In this document: one piece after another, positions 50,159-60,103 of the stretch | Position numbering within the stretch: the stretch's first letter is position 1 | Layout: each line of letters opens with the position of its first letter | Assembly: GCA_026984515.1 (NCBI GenBank) | Contig: JALSRZ010000062.1 | Coordinates: 3,643 to 67,642 of the forward strand | Direction of reading: 5' to 3' | Source of the DNA: Thiohalobacter sp. | GTDB taxonomy: Bacteria > Pseudomonadota > Gammaproteobacteria > DSM-19610 | DNA: 64,000 nt | The notes under the pieces: model-generated | Databases searched by the model: none | The model's input: the letters and a program-made list of their open reading frames with translations, nothing else | Told to the model about the DNA's origin: nothing | Program-made: the position numbers and the translations under genes

Positions 50159-50908
50159 TCAGTGCAGGGAGCGGTTGACGCTCCATTTCCGGTAGTACCG
50201 GTTCATTACCTCGCGTACGTGCGGCGGGTAGTTTAGCAAGTCCATCTGTTCCATGCCCTGTGTGAAAAACCCGGGGGCATCTTCCGGCAGGTGTTCCACC
50301 AGTACCGTAAAGGCTTCTTCCATGACGTCCGGCTGGTGGGTGCGGGTCGCCACAATGGCCCGGTTCAGCTGCAGGATCCGCCACGGTCGCCCCGGGCTGG
50401 ATTTGTCCAGGTCCTGCCGGATGGTGGCCGCCGTGGCGTCGATGACTTCCCCCATGGCCTGGTACAGTGCCAGCAATTCGGCGGGTTCCCGGGTCTCGTT
50501 GGCAATCCGGGCCAGTGCGTCCACGACCGGGTCCAGGTGCAGCAATTCTCCGCCATGTGCTGCAATCCAGCGCGCCATGGCAATGGTAAACAGCTGCAGG
50601 GTCTCGAAAACCACTGGAAGATCAAGGTGATTGGCCCAGTGCAGCGACTGGTCGAACAATTCCAGCGCATATTCGCCCATTTCAGTGACATCCGCGGCAC
50701 TGGCCTGGTTCCCGCCCGCCTGGTTCCGGCTGGCTTCCGTACGCTGCATCGCGTCGTACATCTGCTGGAAAGCCTCGCTGAGCAGCGCAGGCGTGGACGT
50801 GCCCGGGCCGGACGAATCATCCCGCAGTTGCCAGGCTTCCAGCATGTCCGCGAGGGGCTCGTCCAGCTGGTTGCGGAAGCTGGCGGCGGTGGGGTCGGGT
50901 AGATGCAT
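50159..50908 (-). CDS. Hypothetical alpha-helical protein
   Basis: ORF upstream of yciB in the same orientation; C-terminus PWRILQLNRAIVATRTH..APGFFTQGM; family not recognised. Confidence 0.7.
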   Translation of the reverse strand: MHLPDPTAASFRNQLDEPLADMLEAWQLRDDSSGPGTSTPALLSEAFQQMYDAMQRTEASRNQAGGNQASAADVTEMGEYALELFDQSLHWANHLDLPVVFETLQLFTIAMARWIAAHGGELLHLDPVVDALARIANETREPAELLALYQAMGEVIDATAATIRQDLDKSSPGRPWRILQLNRAIVATRTHQPDVMEEAFTVLVEHLPEDAPGFFTQGMEQMDLLNYPPHVREVMNRYYRKWSVNRSLH

Positions 50909-50983
50909 GGAGCGCATGGTACCGGATCATGGCCTTTTCCGCAGGGGCAGCGCCGCGCCGGGTGCTCCGGTACAATGGTGCAG

Positions 50984-51835
50984 ATGTGCTGCTACGATTT
51001 ACACGCTCATTCGACCGCCTCCGACGGCACCCTGGCGCCGGCCGACCTGGTGGAGAAAGCCCGCGCGCTGGGTGTGGACGTGCTGGCGCTGACCGATCAC
51101 GATACGCTGGACGGCATCGCGGCAGCCCGGCAGGCGGCTTCCCGGTCAGGCCTGGTGCTGGTTCCAGGGGTAGAGATATCAGTAACCTGGAACACCATGA
51201 CCCTGCATGTGCTGGGCCTGGGTGTCGACCCGGACCACCCGGCCATGCTGGCGGGTCTGCGGGCGTTGCGTGTGGCGCGTGAGCAGCGCGCCATACGGAT
51301 CGCCGACAAACTGGCCGGGGCGGGCGTTCCCGGGGCACTGGAGGGCGCTCGCCGGCACTGCAATGGCCGCATTCTGAGCCGCACCCACTTTGCCCATTTC
51401 CTGGTAGCCAGCGGGCGGGCGAGCTCGGTTGGTGAGGTATTCAAACACTTCCTGGTGAAAGGCAAACCGGGATACGTGCACAGCGACTGGGTGCCAATGG
51501 AGCAGGCCATCGACTGGATCCGGGCGGCCGGCGGACTGGCGGTGATTGCCCACCCGGCGCGTTACCGCCTGACGCGCAGCAAGCTCAACCGCCTGGTCGG
51601 CGCCTTTCGCGAGGCCGGCGGGCTGGGGCTGGAGGTGGTATCGGGCAGCCATAACCGGGACGAGACCCTGCACATGGCGGCGCTGAGCAGGACGCACCGC
51701 CTGTTTGCCTCCTGCGGTTCGGACTACCACGGGCCGGAAAAACCCTGGGTCGAACTGGGCCGCCTGCGCGCGCTGCCGGAAGGCTGCACGCCCATCTGGC
51801 AGGCGGACAACTGGCCGGTGGCAGCGGCGGCGTGA
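50984..51835 (+). CDS. PHP-domain protein (YciV/TrpH-like)
   Basis: DLHAHSTASDG, LTDHD, AHPARY and GSDYHG. Confidence 0.92.
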   Translation: MCCYDLHAHSTASDGTLAPADLVEKARALGVDVLALTDHDTLDGIAAARQAASRSGLVLVPGVEISVTWNTMTLHVLGLGVDPDHPAMLAGLRALRVAREQRAIRIADKLAGAGVPGALEGARRHCNGRILSRTHFAHFLVASGRASSVGEVFKHFLVKGKPGYVHSDWVPMEQAIDWIRAAGGLAVIAHPARYRLTRSKLNRLVGAFREAGGLGLEVVSGSHNRDETLHMAALSRTHRLFASCGSDYHGPEKPWVELGRLRALPEGCTPIWQADNWPVAAAA

Positions 51836-52470
51836 GCCAGTATTTCAACATTCACCCGGACAACCCGCAGCCACGCCTGATCCGGCACGCGGTGGATATA
51901 ATCCGCGCAGGGGGTATTGCCGCGCTGCCCACCGACTCCAGTTACGCGCTGGCCTGTCACCTGGACGACAAGCGCGCGGTGGAGCGTATCCGCCGTATTC
52001 GCGAGCTGGACAAGAAGCACAATTTCACCCTGGTGTGCAGGGATCTTTCCGAGATCGCTCTCTATGCGCGCGTGGATAACCCGGCGTACCGGCTGCTGAA
52101 GGCAAAAACGCCCGGCGCCTACACCTTTATCCTGCGTGCCACCACCATCGTGCCGCGGCGGCTGCAGCACGCGAAACGCAAGACGGTCGGTATCCGGGTG
52201 CCGGATCACCCCATCATCAGGGACCTGCTGATTGAACACGCGCAACCGCTGATGAGCGTGACGCTGATGCTGCCGGGCAACGATTTTCCTGAAATCGATG
52301 CCGGGGAAATCCGCGCGAAGCTGGAACACCAGGTGGATCTGATCGTCGACGGCGGACATTGCGGCGTGGAACCGACTACGGTCATCGACCTGACCGGGCC
52401 GGTGCCACTGGTGACGCGGCACGGGCAAGGCCCGGTCGACGACCTCGAAGCGGGGAGCCGGGGCGAATGA
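51832..52470 (+). CDS. yciO: YciO (Sua5/YrdC family) protein
   Basis: HPDNPQPRLI, PTDSSYAL and KTVGIRVP. Confidence 0.92.
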   Translation: MSQYFNIHPDNPQPRLIRHAVDIIRAGGIAALPTDSSYALACHLDDKRAVERIRRIRELDKKHNFTLVCRDLSEIALYARVDNPAYRLLKAKTPGAYTFILRATTIVPRRLQHAKRKTVGIRVPDHPIIRDLLIEHAQPLMSVTLMLPGNDFPEIDAGEIRAKLEHQVDLIVDGGHCGVEPTTVIDLTGPVPLVTRHGQGPVDDLEAGSRGE

Positions 52471-52519
52471 ACGCCGGTTTGCGAAGCGGCGGGCAACTAA
52501 CGGTATACTGCGCCTGATT

Positions 52520-53215
52520 ATGAAAGTAAGTCTTGTACAGGCAATATCGGCCTGGTTGTTGCCCGTGCTGCTGGCCGTTACCGTGCACGAAACCGCACAC
52601 GGCTGGGTGGCGCGGCGCTTCGGGGATAAAACCGCCGAGATGCTGGGGCGCCTGACGCTCAACCCGATCAAGCACATCGACCCGGTCGGGACCATCCTGG
52701 TGCCTGGCCTGATGCTGCTGTTGCCGGGTGGCTTTGTGTTTGGCTGGGCCAAACCGGTGCCGGTGGACTGGCGGAATTTCAAAAATCCCAAGCAGGACAT
52801 GGCCTGGGTAGCGCTGGCCGGCCCGGTTTCCAACCTGCTCATGGGACTCGCCTGGGCGCTGTGCGCAAGGATCGCCCTGGGCATGTCAGCGGATAACTGG
52901 GTGGCCTTGCCGCTGCTGTTCATGAGCGTGGCGGGCATGTTTATCAATACCCTGCTGATGATACTGAACCTGCTGCCGTTGCCGCCGCTGGATGGCGGGC
53001 GCGTGCTGACCGGCCTGTTGCCGGCGCCGCTGGCATACCGTTTTGCCCGCATCGAACCGTACGGGTTCTTTATCCTGGTGGCGCTGTTGATGACGGGGGT
53101 GCTGGGCGCCATCCTGTGGCCGTTCGTGTCCCTGTCCCTGGAGTGGCTGGCGTCCGTTTCCGGCATGAAGCCGGCCTATTTCCAGACCGTATTGTTTGCG
53201 TTGATGAGGAGCTGA
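52520..53215 (+). CDS. Site-2 protease (M50) family membrane metalloprotease
   Basis: HETAH, NPIKHIDP and NLLPLPPLDGG. Confidence 0.93.
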   Translation: MKVSLVQAISAWLLPVLLAVTVHETAHGWVARRFGDKTAEMLGRLTLNPIKHIDPVGTILVPGLMLLLPGGFVFGWAKPVPVDWRNFKNPKQDMAWVALAGPVSNLLMGLAWALCARIALGMSADNWVALPLLFMSVAGMFINTLLMILNLLPLPPLDGGRVLTGLLPAPLAYRFARIEPYGFFILVALLMTGVLGAILWPFVSLSLEWLASVSGMKPAYFQTVLFALMRS

Positions 53216-53221
53216 TTCACT

Positions 53222-54430
53222 TTGACGAGCGAATCCAAAAACCGTGTCCTGTCCGGGATGCGACCTACCGGCCGACTGCACCTCGGGCACTACCACGGGG
53301 TGCTGAAAAACTGGGTCAGTCTGCAACACGAATACGACTGTTTTTTCTTCGTTGCCGACTGGCATGCGCTGACCACTCACTACGAAGATCCGCAGATCAT
53401 ACGTTCCAGCGTAACGGACATGGTCATCGACTGGCTGGCCGCGGGCGTGAACCCGTCCAGCGCAAAACTGTTCGTGCAGTCTGATGTGCCGCAGCACGCC
53501 GAGCTGCATCTGCTGCTGTCGATGGTAACCCCGCTGGGCTGGCTGGAACGCGTGCCCAGCTACAAGGACCAGCAGGAGAAGTTGCGTGAGCGCGATCTGG
53601 CGACCTACGGCTTCCTCGGTTACCCGCTGCTGCAGAGCGCCGATATCCTGATCTACAAGGCCGGCCTGGTGCCGGTGGGTGAAGACCAGGTGGCGCATGT
53701 CGAGCTGACGCGTGAAGTGGCGCGGCGTTTCAACCACCTGTACGGGCGCGAGCCTGACTTCGAGGAACGGGCGCTGGAAGCCATCAAAAAGATGGGCAAG
53801 AAAAATGCAAAACTGTACCGGGAGGCACGTCGCAACTACCAGGAAAAGGGTGACCAGGAAGCGCTGGAGGTCGGTCGCGTACTGCTGGAAGGGCAGGGCA
53901 ACCTGGCCATGGGCGACCGCGAGCGCCTGTACGGTTACCTGGAAGGCGGCGGGCGAATCATTCTGCCGGAGCCGGAGGCGCTGCTGACACCGGCCTCGAA
54001 GATGCCGGGCCTGGACGGGCAGAAGATGTCCAAGTCCTACGGCAATACCATTGCGTTACGCGACGAGCCTGCCGATATCGAGCAAAAGTTGCGCACCATG
54101 CCAACCGACCCCGCGCGAGTGCGCCTGAAAGACCCCGGCAATCCGGACAACTGCCCGGTGTTTCAGCTGCACCGGGTCTACTCGGACGACCACCGCCAGC
54201 AGTGGGTCCGGGAAGGGTGCACGACGGCCGGTATCGGTTGCCTGGACTGCAAGCAGCCGATTATCGACGCGGTGCTGGGTGAACTGGCGCCGATCCGGGA
54301 ACGTGCGCGGGAATTTGAGGAAGATCCGCAGCTGGTGCGTAACATTTTGCAGGAGGGCGCTGAAGCCGCACGCGACGTCGCGGAAGAGACTATGGGTGAG
54401 GTTCGCTCTGCAATTGGTTTAAATTACTAG
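53222..54430 (+). CDS. trpS: Tryptophanyl-tRNA synthetase
   Basis: SGMRPTGRLHLGH, VPVGEDQ and KMSKSYGN. Confidence 0.97.
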   Translation: MTSESKNRVLSGMRPTGRLHLGHYHGVLKNWVSLQHEYDCFFFVADWHALTTHYEDPQIIRSSVTDMVIDWLAAGVNPSSAKLFVQSDVPQHAELHLLLSMVTPLGWLERVPSYKDQQEKLRERDLATYGFLGYPLLQSADILIYKAGLVPVGEDQVAHVELTREVARRFNHLYGREPDFEERALEAIKKMGKKNAKLYREARRNYQEKGDQEALEVGRVLLEGQGNLAMGDRERLYGYLEGGGRIILPEPEALLTPASKMPGLDGQKMSKSYGNTIALRDEPADIEQKLRTMPTDPARVRLKDPGNPDNCPVFQLHRVYSDDHRQQWVREGCTTAGIGCLDCKQPIIDAVLGELAPIRERAREFEEDPQLVRNILQEGAEAARDVAEETMGEVRSAIGLNY

Positions 54431-54448
54431 GGAATTTCAGGTAAATTG

Positions 54449-54663
54449 GTCATTGTGAGGAACGCAGTGACGCGGCAGTCTCTAGCCCGCATTTCTCACC
54501 GGGTTCCTGCTGCGGCGGCGTCATGCCGCGCTGCGCGACCGTAGCGTAGGAAGTACTTGTGAACCGCCGCAGGCGGTGCTGGAGTGCTCGCAACGACAGC
54601 GCATCAAAACGTCGCCGGGATAGCGTGGCCACGCGGCATTTCCGGCGCTGACTACGCTACGGT
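54449..54663. repeat. Composite palindromic intergenic repeat including a one-ended copy of the 19212 MITE
   Basis: CTAGCCCGCATTTCTCACCG..TTCCTGCTGCGGCGGCGTCATGCCG (54482-54528) matches the right end of the 19212 element in reverse complement; ACCGTAGCGTAG/CTACGCTACGGT inverted repeat; GTCATT..GAACGCAGTGA fragment on the left. Confidence 0.7.
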
Positions 54664-54718
54664 GTTTCTATTCTTCATGGCGGCGTTTACAATGCTGCAA
54701 ACCACGTGAGCCGAGTGC

Positions 54719-55579
54719 ATGACAGAACCCAGGACGCCTGCTGAACCAACACCGGAACAAGCTGAAATGCCCTTTGCCTTTGTGCAGGGTGAAGCAGTCA
54801 CGACCCTCCCCAGGGATCTCTACATTCCACCGGATGCGCTGGAAGTCATCCTGGAAGCGTTCGAAGGTCCCCTCGACCTGTTGCTGTACCTGATCCGGCG
54901 CCAGAACCTCGATGTGCTGGATATCCCCATTGCCGATATTACCCGGCAGTACATGGAATACATCGAGCTGATGGAAGATCTCCGGCTGGAACTGGCCGCC
55001 GAGTACCTGGTCATGGCGGCCATGCTGGCGGAGATCAAGTCGCGCATGTTGCTGCCGCGTCCGGTGGATACCGACGAAGAAGAGGACCCGCGTGCCGAAC
55101 TGGTGCGTCGCCTGCAGGAGTACGAGCGCTACAAGCAGGCGGCGGAAGATCTCGACGAGATCCCGCGGGTGGGTCGCGATGTTTTCCCGGTGGAAGTCGA
55201 GGCACCGGAAAAGCAGGTGGTGCGCAAGCCGCCCGAGGTAAGCCTGCATGAATTGCTGCTGGCTGCCAAAGAGGCCATGACCCGTGCCGAACTGTTTTCA
55301 CACCACCACATACAGATGGAACCCCTGTCTGTGCGCGAGCGGATGTCGAAAGTGCTGGAGATGATCAACGGCGACGAGTTCACCCCGTTTACCGCCCTGT
55401 TCCAGTCGGCCGAAGGCCGCATGGGTGTCGTGGTCTCGCTGCTGTCCGTGCTGGAGCTCATCAAGGAAGCCCTGATCGTGCTGGTCCAGTCGGAGCCCTT
55501 TGCCCCTATCTACATCAAGGCGCGTTCCGGTGCCGTACTCGAAGACCGACAAGCGCTCGCCGGGGCGGGCGAGCCCTGA
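54719..55579 (+). CDS. scpA: Segregation/condensation protein A
   Basis: FEGPLDLLLYLIRR, AAEYLVMAAML..IKSR and DPRAELVRRL. Confidence 0.96.
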   Translation: MTEPRTPAEPTPEQAEMPFAFVQGEAVTTLPRDLYIPPDALEVILEAFEGPLDLLLYLIRRQNLDVLDIPIADITRQYMEYIELMEDLRLELAAEYLVMAAMLAEIKSRMLLPRPVDTDEEEDPRAELVRRLQEYERYKQAAEDLDEIPRVGRDVFPVEVEAPEKQVVRKPPEVSLHELLLAAKEAMTRAELFSHHHIQMEPLSVRERMSKVLEMINGDEFTPFTALFQSAEGRMGVVVSLLSVLELIKEALIVLVQSEPFAPIYIKARSGAVLEDRQALAGAGEP

Positions 55580-55596
55580 AGGACGGATAAAACCCG

Positions 55597-56283
55597 ATGA
55601 GTGGATCAAGTATCAGGAAAATCATTGAAGCCGTGTTGCTCGCTGCCGGGAAGCCGCTGACGGTGGACCAGTTGCTGAACGTGTTCGCCGAAGAGGAAAA
55701 GCCCGGGCGCAGCGAGATACGGGATGCGATCAACGCCCTGCAGGAGGAGTACGAGGGGCGTTGCGTGGAGCTGGTCCAGGTGGCCAGTGGCTGGCGTATA
55801 CAGGTGCGCCAGGAAATGGAACCCTGGGTGTCACGACTCACCGAAGAAAAACCGGCGCGTTACACCCGCGCGCTGCTGGAGACACTGGCGCTGGTCGCCT
55901 ACCGTCAACCCATAACGCGTGGAGAAATCGAGGATATCCGTGGTGTCAGTGTCAGTACCTCGATTATGAAAACCCTGCAGGAACGTGAGTGGGTGCGGAT
56001 CGTCGGGCATCGCGATGTGCCCGGTCACCCGGCCATGTATGGTACCACCCGGCAGTTTCTCGACTACTTCAACCTGAAAAGCCTGGATGAACTGCCTACG
56101 CTGATGGAACTGCGTGATTTCGATTCCATCAATGCCGAGCTGGAACTGGCGCTGCCGGGAGAATCGCTGCCCCTGCCGGACGAGGATACGGAAGAGGGTG
56201 CAGTGGCGGAAGTGTCCACGGATGTGGCCGTGGTAGTACCGGTGGGGGTCGATACACCCGACAGCAACAAGACCATTCACTGA
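55597..56283 (+). CDS. scpB: Segregation/condensation protein B
   Basis: LETLALVAYRQPITRGEIE and YGTTRQFLDYFNL. Confidence 0.96.
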   Translation: MSGSSIRKIIEAVLLAAGKPLTVDQLLNVFAEEEKPGRSEIRDAINALQEEYEGRCVELVQVASGWRIQVRQEMEPWVSRLTEEKPARYTRALLETLALVAYRQPITRGEIEDIRGVSVSTSIMKTLQEREWVRIVGHRDVPGHPAMYGTTRQFLDYFNLKSLDELPTLMELRDFDSINAELELALPGESLPLPDEDTEEGAVAEVSTDVAVVVPVGVDTPDSNKTIH

Positions 56284-56318
56284 GCCCCGCAACGGATCTA
56301 TCCATTTCCCGTTCCGCA

Positions 56319-56380
56319 GTAGCGCTCCCCTGAGCGCGAAAACACGCCCTGATTTTCGCGCCGAAGGCCGGCGCTCCTGC
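56319..56380. repeat. Inverted REP doublet (REPIN-like)
   Basis: GTAGCGCTCCCCTGAGCGCGAAAA...TTTTCGCGCCGAAGGCCGGCGCTCCTGC; right arm matches the 38538 REP. Confidence 0.7.
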
Positions 56381-56436
56381 TGGCAGGAAACGACAAACAT
56401 TCCCGTTGCCCCGGCAAAGACAGTTACAATTCCCCC

Positions 56437-57198
56437 ATGGAAGAACGTCTGCAAAAAGTACTGGCGCGTGCCGGCCTGGGTTCGCGCCGCCAGATCGAAG
56501 ACTGGATACGGGACGGTCGTGTCGAAGTGAATGGCCGGGCCGCTGAACTCGGGCTGAAAGTCACCGGGCGGGAGCGCATCGTCGTCGATGGTCGCAGGGT
56601 GCACCTCAAGACCGAACGGCCGGCGGCAGTGGAAGTATTGCTGTACCACAAACCGGCCGGCGAGATTTGCAGCCGCAGCGACCCCGAGGGACGCCCGACC
56701 GTTTTTTCCAGCTTGCCGAAACCACAGGCCGGTCGCTGGATCAGTGTCGGGCGCCTGGACATCAATACCTCCGGTCTGCTGCTGTTTACCACCGATGGTG
56801 AACTTGCACACCGCCTGATGCACCCGGCACAGGAAGTAGAGCGCGAGTACGCGGTTCGCCTGCTGGGGGAAGTCAGCCTGCCCATGCTCGAGCGTCTTAT
56901 CAAAGGCGTGCAGCTGGAAGACGGCTTTGCCCGCTTCAGCGCGATTGAAGAGTCCGGTGGCAGCGGCGCAAACCGCTGGTATCACGTCATCATCAGGGAA
57001 GGGCGCAATCGCGAAGTGCGTCGCCTGTGGGAGTCGCAGGGGGTGACCGTCAGTCGCCTGTCGCGCGTACGCTATGGCCCGATTATACTCGAGCGCAAAT
57101 TACGCCCCGGACGCTACCGGCCGCTGACCGCCAGGGAGCTGAAACAGCTCTACCAGGCGGCAGGCATCAACCGTAAGGAAGATCGCAACCATGACTGA
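56437..57198 (+). CDS. rluB: 23S rRNA pseudouridine synthase B
   Basis: ERLQKVLARAG S4 domain, VGRLDINTSGLLL and EGRNREVRR; scpB-rluB synteny. Confidence 0.93.
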   Translation: MEERLQKVLARAGLGSRRQIEDWIRDGRVEVNGRAAELGLKVTGRERIVVDGRRVHLKTERPAAVEVLLYHKPAGEICSRSDPEGRPTVFSSLPKPQAGRWISVGRLDINTSGLLLFTTDGELAHRLMHPAQEVEREYAVRLLGEVSLPMLERLIKGVQLEDGFARFSAIEESGGSGANRWYHVIIREGRNREVRRLWESQGVTVSRLSRVRYGPIILERKLRPGRYRPLTARELKQLYQAAGINRKEDRNHD

Positions 57199-58642
57199 AC
57201 GCAGGGAAACCGCACTGCGCTGGCGCAGAACCAAGATCATCGCGACGCTGGGTCCTGCCTCCGCTTCCTACTCCATGATCGAGGAACTGATCGCTGCGGG
57301 GATCGATGTGGTGCGAGTGAATATGTCGCACGGTGATCACCCGACGCACACCCGTACGGTACAGAGAGTGCGGCGCGCCGCCAGGCGGGCCGGGCGGCAC
57401 ATTGCCATCCTGCTGGACCTGTGTGGTCCCAAGATCCGGGTCGGCAACTTTGCAGGCGGCTGTATTGAACTCCGTACCGGGGAGACGGTTACGGTAAGCA
57501 CTCGACGGGTGACCGGTGGCCCCGGACTTATCCCGTCGCAGTACCGCAGCCTGCACAAGGATGTGCGTGCGGGTGAAAGGATCCTGCTCGACGATGGCAA
57601 ACTGGAACTGCGCGTGCGATCGGTCAAGGGCACGGAGGTCACCTGTCGCGTAATCGAGGGTGGGGTACTGTCTGACCACAAGGGTATGAACCTGCCCAAC
57701 TCGGTCCTGTCCACGGCGGCGCTGACCGACAAGGATCGTACCGATGTACGGCTGGCCATCGAGCTGGGTGTGGATTTCGTGGCACTCAGTTTTGTCCGTT
57801 CGGCAAAAGATGTGCTGCAGCTGAAACGTTATATGAAACGCGCCGGGGGGAACATACCGGTCATCAGCAAGATCGAGCGCCCGGAAGCGGTCGATGCCAT
57901 CGACGATATCATGGACACCTCCTACGGCATCATGATTGCGCGTGGTGACCTGGGTATCGAGCTGCCGGCAGAGAAAGTACCGTTGATACAGCGTGAGCTG
58001 ATTGCAAAAGGTCGTCAGAAAGGCATACCCGTCATTGTTGCCACCCAGATGCTGGAATCCATGATGAGCAGTTCCCGGCCAACGCGCGCGGAAGTGACCG
58101 ACGTGGCCGGGGCAGCCATGTTGAGTGCGGATGCGGCCATGCTGTCCGGGGAGACCGCTGCGGGCCATTTTCCCCTGCAGGCGGTGCGCATCATGGACCG
58201 GGTATTGCGCGAGGTGGAGCAGCACCAGTGGCAGGAAGGCTGCTTTGCCAGTGAGCCGATTACCGACCGCGGCAGCAAGGCGCAGGTGGTGCGCGAGTCC
58301 ATGTCGCACGCAGCGGTTCAACTGGCACACGACCTGGCGGTGGAAGCCATTATTGTTCCCACCCACACCGGCAATACCGCCCGCATCATGGCATCCCACC
58401 GGCCGCTGGCGCCCACGGTCGGCGCCTGCTCGGACGAACGGGTCTGCCGGCAGATGACGTTGAACTGGGGCATCGTTCCCGTGCAGCTGGAAGCATCCAG
58501 GGAACACGACTGGCGGGCAATTTGCGAGCACATCGCGCAGCAGTGCCAGTTGGGCAGGAAAGGACGCGATGTGTTGCTGGTGTCCGGGTTCAACGACGAC
58601 CCCAAACGGGACGAGCCGGTGTTGAAGTTGCTGCACCTGTAG
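57191..58642 (+). CDS. pyk: Pyruvate kinase
   Basis: TKIIATLGP, DLCGPKIR, IMIARGDLG, ATQMLESM and MLSGETA. Confidence 0.96.
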   Translation: MTERRETALRWRRTKIIATLGPASASYSMIEELIAAGIDVVRVNMSHGDHPTHTRTVQRVRRAARRAGRHIAILLDLCGPKIRVGNFAGGCIELRTGETVTVSTRRVTGGPGLIPSQYRSLHKDVRAGERILLDDGKLELRVRSVKGTEVTCRVIEGGVLSDHKGMNLPNSVLSTAALTDKDRTDVRLAIELGVDFVALSFVRSAKDVLQLKRYMKRAGGNIPVISKIERPEAVDAIDDIMDTSYGIMIARGDLGIELPAEKVPLIQRELIAKGRQKGIPVIVATQMLESMMSSSRPTRAEVTDVAGAAMLSADAAMLSGETAAGHFPLQAVRIMDRVLREVEQHQWQEGCFASEPITDRGSKAQVVRESMSHAAVQLAHDLAVEAIIVPTHTGNTARIMASHRPLAPTVGACSDERVCRQMTLNWGIVPVQLEASREHDWRAICEHIAQQCQLGRKGRDVLLVSGFNDDPKRDEPVLKLLHL

Positions 58643-58651
58643 CGGGTCTGC

Positions 58652-60094
58652 ATGAGCACGGGCACACACCAGTACGATCTGCTCATCGTCGGCGCCGGTG
58701 TGTCGGGAAGCGCATTGCTGTATCTCACCGCGCGTTTTACCGATATCGGCAATATTGGCGTGATTGAAAAATACGCGGCACCGGCGCGCGTCAATTCGCT
58801 GTCCAGCAACAACAGCCAGACGCTGCACTGCGGCGATATTGAAACCAACTACACCCTGGAAAAAGCGCTCAAGGTGCAGCGCGCCGCACGCATGCTGGCG
58901 TCGTACTGCCTGAACCAGCCGGACCGGGATCACCTGATCTACCGGTATCCAAAGATGGTGCTGGGTGTGGGCCAACAGGAGTGCGAGCTGTTACGCGAGC
59001 GCTTCCGGGTATTCAGTCCGCATTACCCCAAGCTGCAATTACTGGATCGGAAAGCCATTGCTGCGATCGAACCGGCTGTGGTCACGACGGCGGGCGGGAA
59101 AATGCGTGAGCAAGAGCTGGTCGCGCTCGGTTCCACGGATGAGTACACCGCGGTGAATTTCGAAGCACTGTCACGCTCCTTCGTCCGGCAGGCGCAGCAG
59201 GTGGAAGGCAAACACATCGATCTTCACTACAACGAGACTGTGAAACACATCAGGATCGAGGATGACCGCTTCCTGGTGGAGACCGGCAGCACCGGTTACC
59301 AGGCGCGCGCACTGGTAGTCTGCGCCGGTGGTCACAGCCTGATGCTTGCCCAGAACCTGGGCTATGGCCTGCATTATTCCTGTCTCCCGGTAGCCGGCAG
59401 CTATTACTTCACTCCGCAGGTGCTGAACGGCAAGGTATACACAGTGCAGAATGACAAGCTGCCGTTTGCCGCGATCCACGGCGACCCGGACGTGCTGGTG
59501 CCCGGCAAAACGCGCTTCGGGCCCACGGCACTGATCCTGCCGCTGCTGGAACGCTATAACTATCATACGTTGCGCGATTTCCTGCGGGTGTTTCGTTTCG
59601 ACCGGCGTGTGGCCAGGGTGTTATGGGACCTGTTCAGGGTGCCGGACATCCGTAACTACATGCTGAAAAACGTACTGTTTGAAATCCCCTTCATCCGTAA
59701 AATCCTGTTCCTGCGGGATGTGCGCAAGATTGTGCCGTCCCTGCGTTACCGGGACCTGTCGTTTGCCCGCAAGGTGGGCGGTATCCGTCCACAGCTGATC
59801 GATAAAAAACAACGCCGCCTGCTGATGGGGGAAGCAAAGATCGATACCGGCCGCGGGGCTATCTTCAATATGACGCCTTCGCCCGGTGGTACTTCCTGCC
59901 TGGAGAATGCCGAGATCGATATGCGCGCGATTGCGGGGTATCTCGATGCCGTGATCGATGAAAAGGCCCTGCGGGAAGAACTGCCCGGTGTGGATACGGA
60001 ACACGGCGTCGAGGATTTCACCGGCCGCCTGCTGGATGCAGCCAGCCGCCCGATAGGCCGCTTGAAGCGACTGTTGCGCAAACTGAAAGGCTGA
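58652..60094 (+). CDS. FAD-dependent oxidoreductase, probable malate:quinone oxidoreductase (Campylobacterota-like type)
   Basis: IVGAGVSG, NNSQTLHCGDIETNY, PFAAIHGD, GIRPQLID and MTPSPG. Confidence 0.75.
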   Translation: MSTGTHQYDLLIVGAGVSGSALLYLTARFTDIGNIGVIEKYAAPARVNSLSSNNSQTLHCGDIETNYTLEKALKVQRAARMLASYCLNQPDRDHLIYRYPKMVLGVGQQECELLRERFRVFSPHYPKLQLLDRKAIAAIEPAVVTTAGGKMREQELVALGSTDEYTAVNFEALSRSFVRQAQQVEGKHIDLHYNETVKHIRIEDDRFLVETGSTGYQARALVVCAGGHSLMLAQNLGYGLHYSCLPVAGSYYFTPQVLNGKVYTVQNDKLPFAAIHGDPDVLVPGKTRFGPTALILPLLERYNYHTLRDFLRVFRFDRRVARVLWDLFRVPDIRNYMLKNVLFEIPFIRKILFLRDVRKIVPSLRYRDLSFARKVGGIRPQLIDKKQRRLLMGEAKIDTGRGAIFNMTPSPGGTSCLENAEIDMRAIAGYLDAVIDEKALREELPGVDTEHGVEDFTGRLLDAASRPIGRLKRLLRKLKG

Positions 60095-60103
60095 GCCGTC
60101 ACC

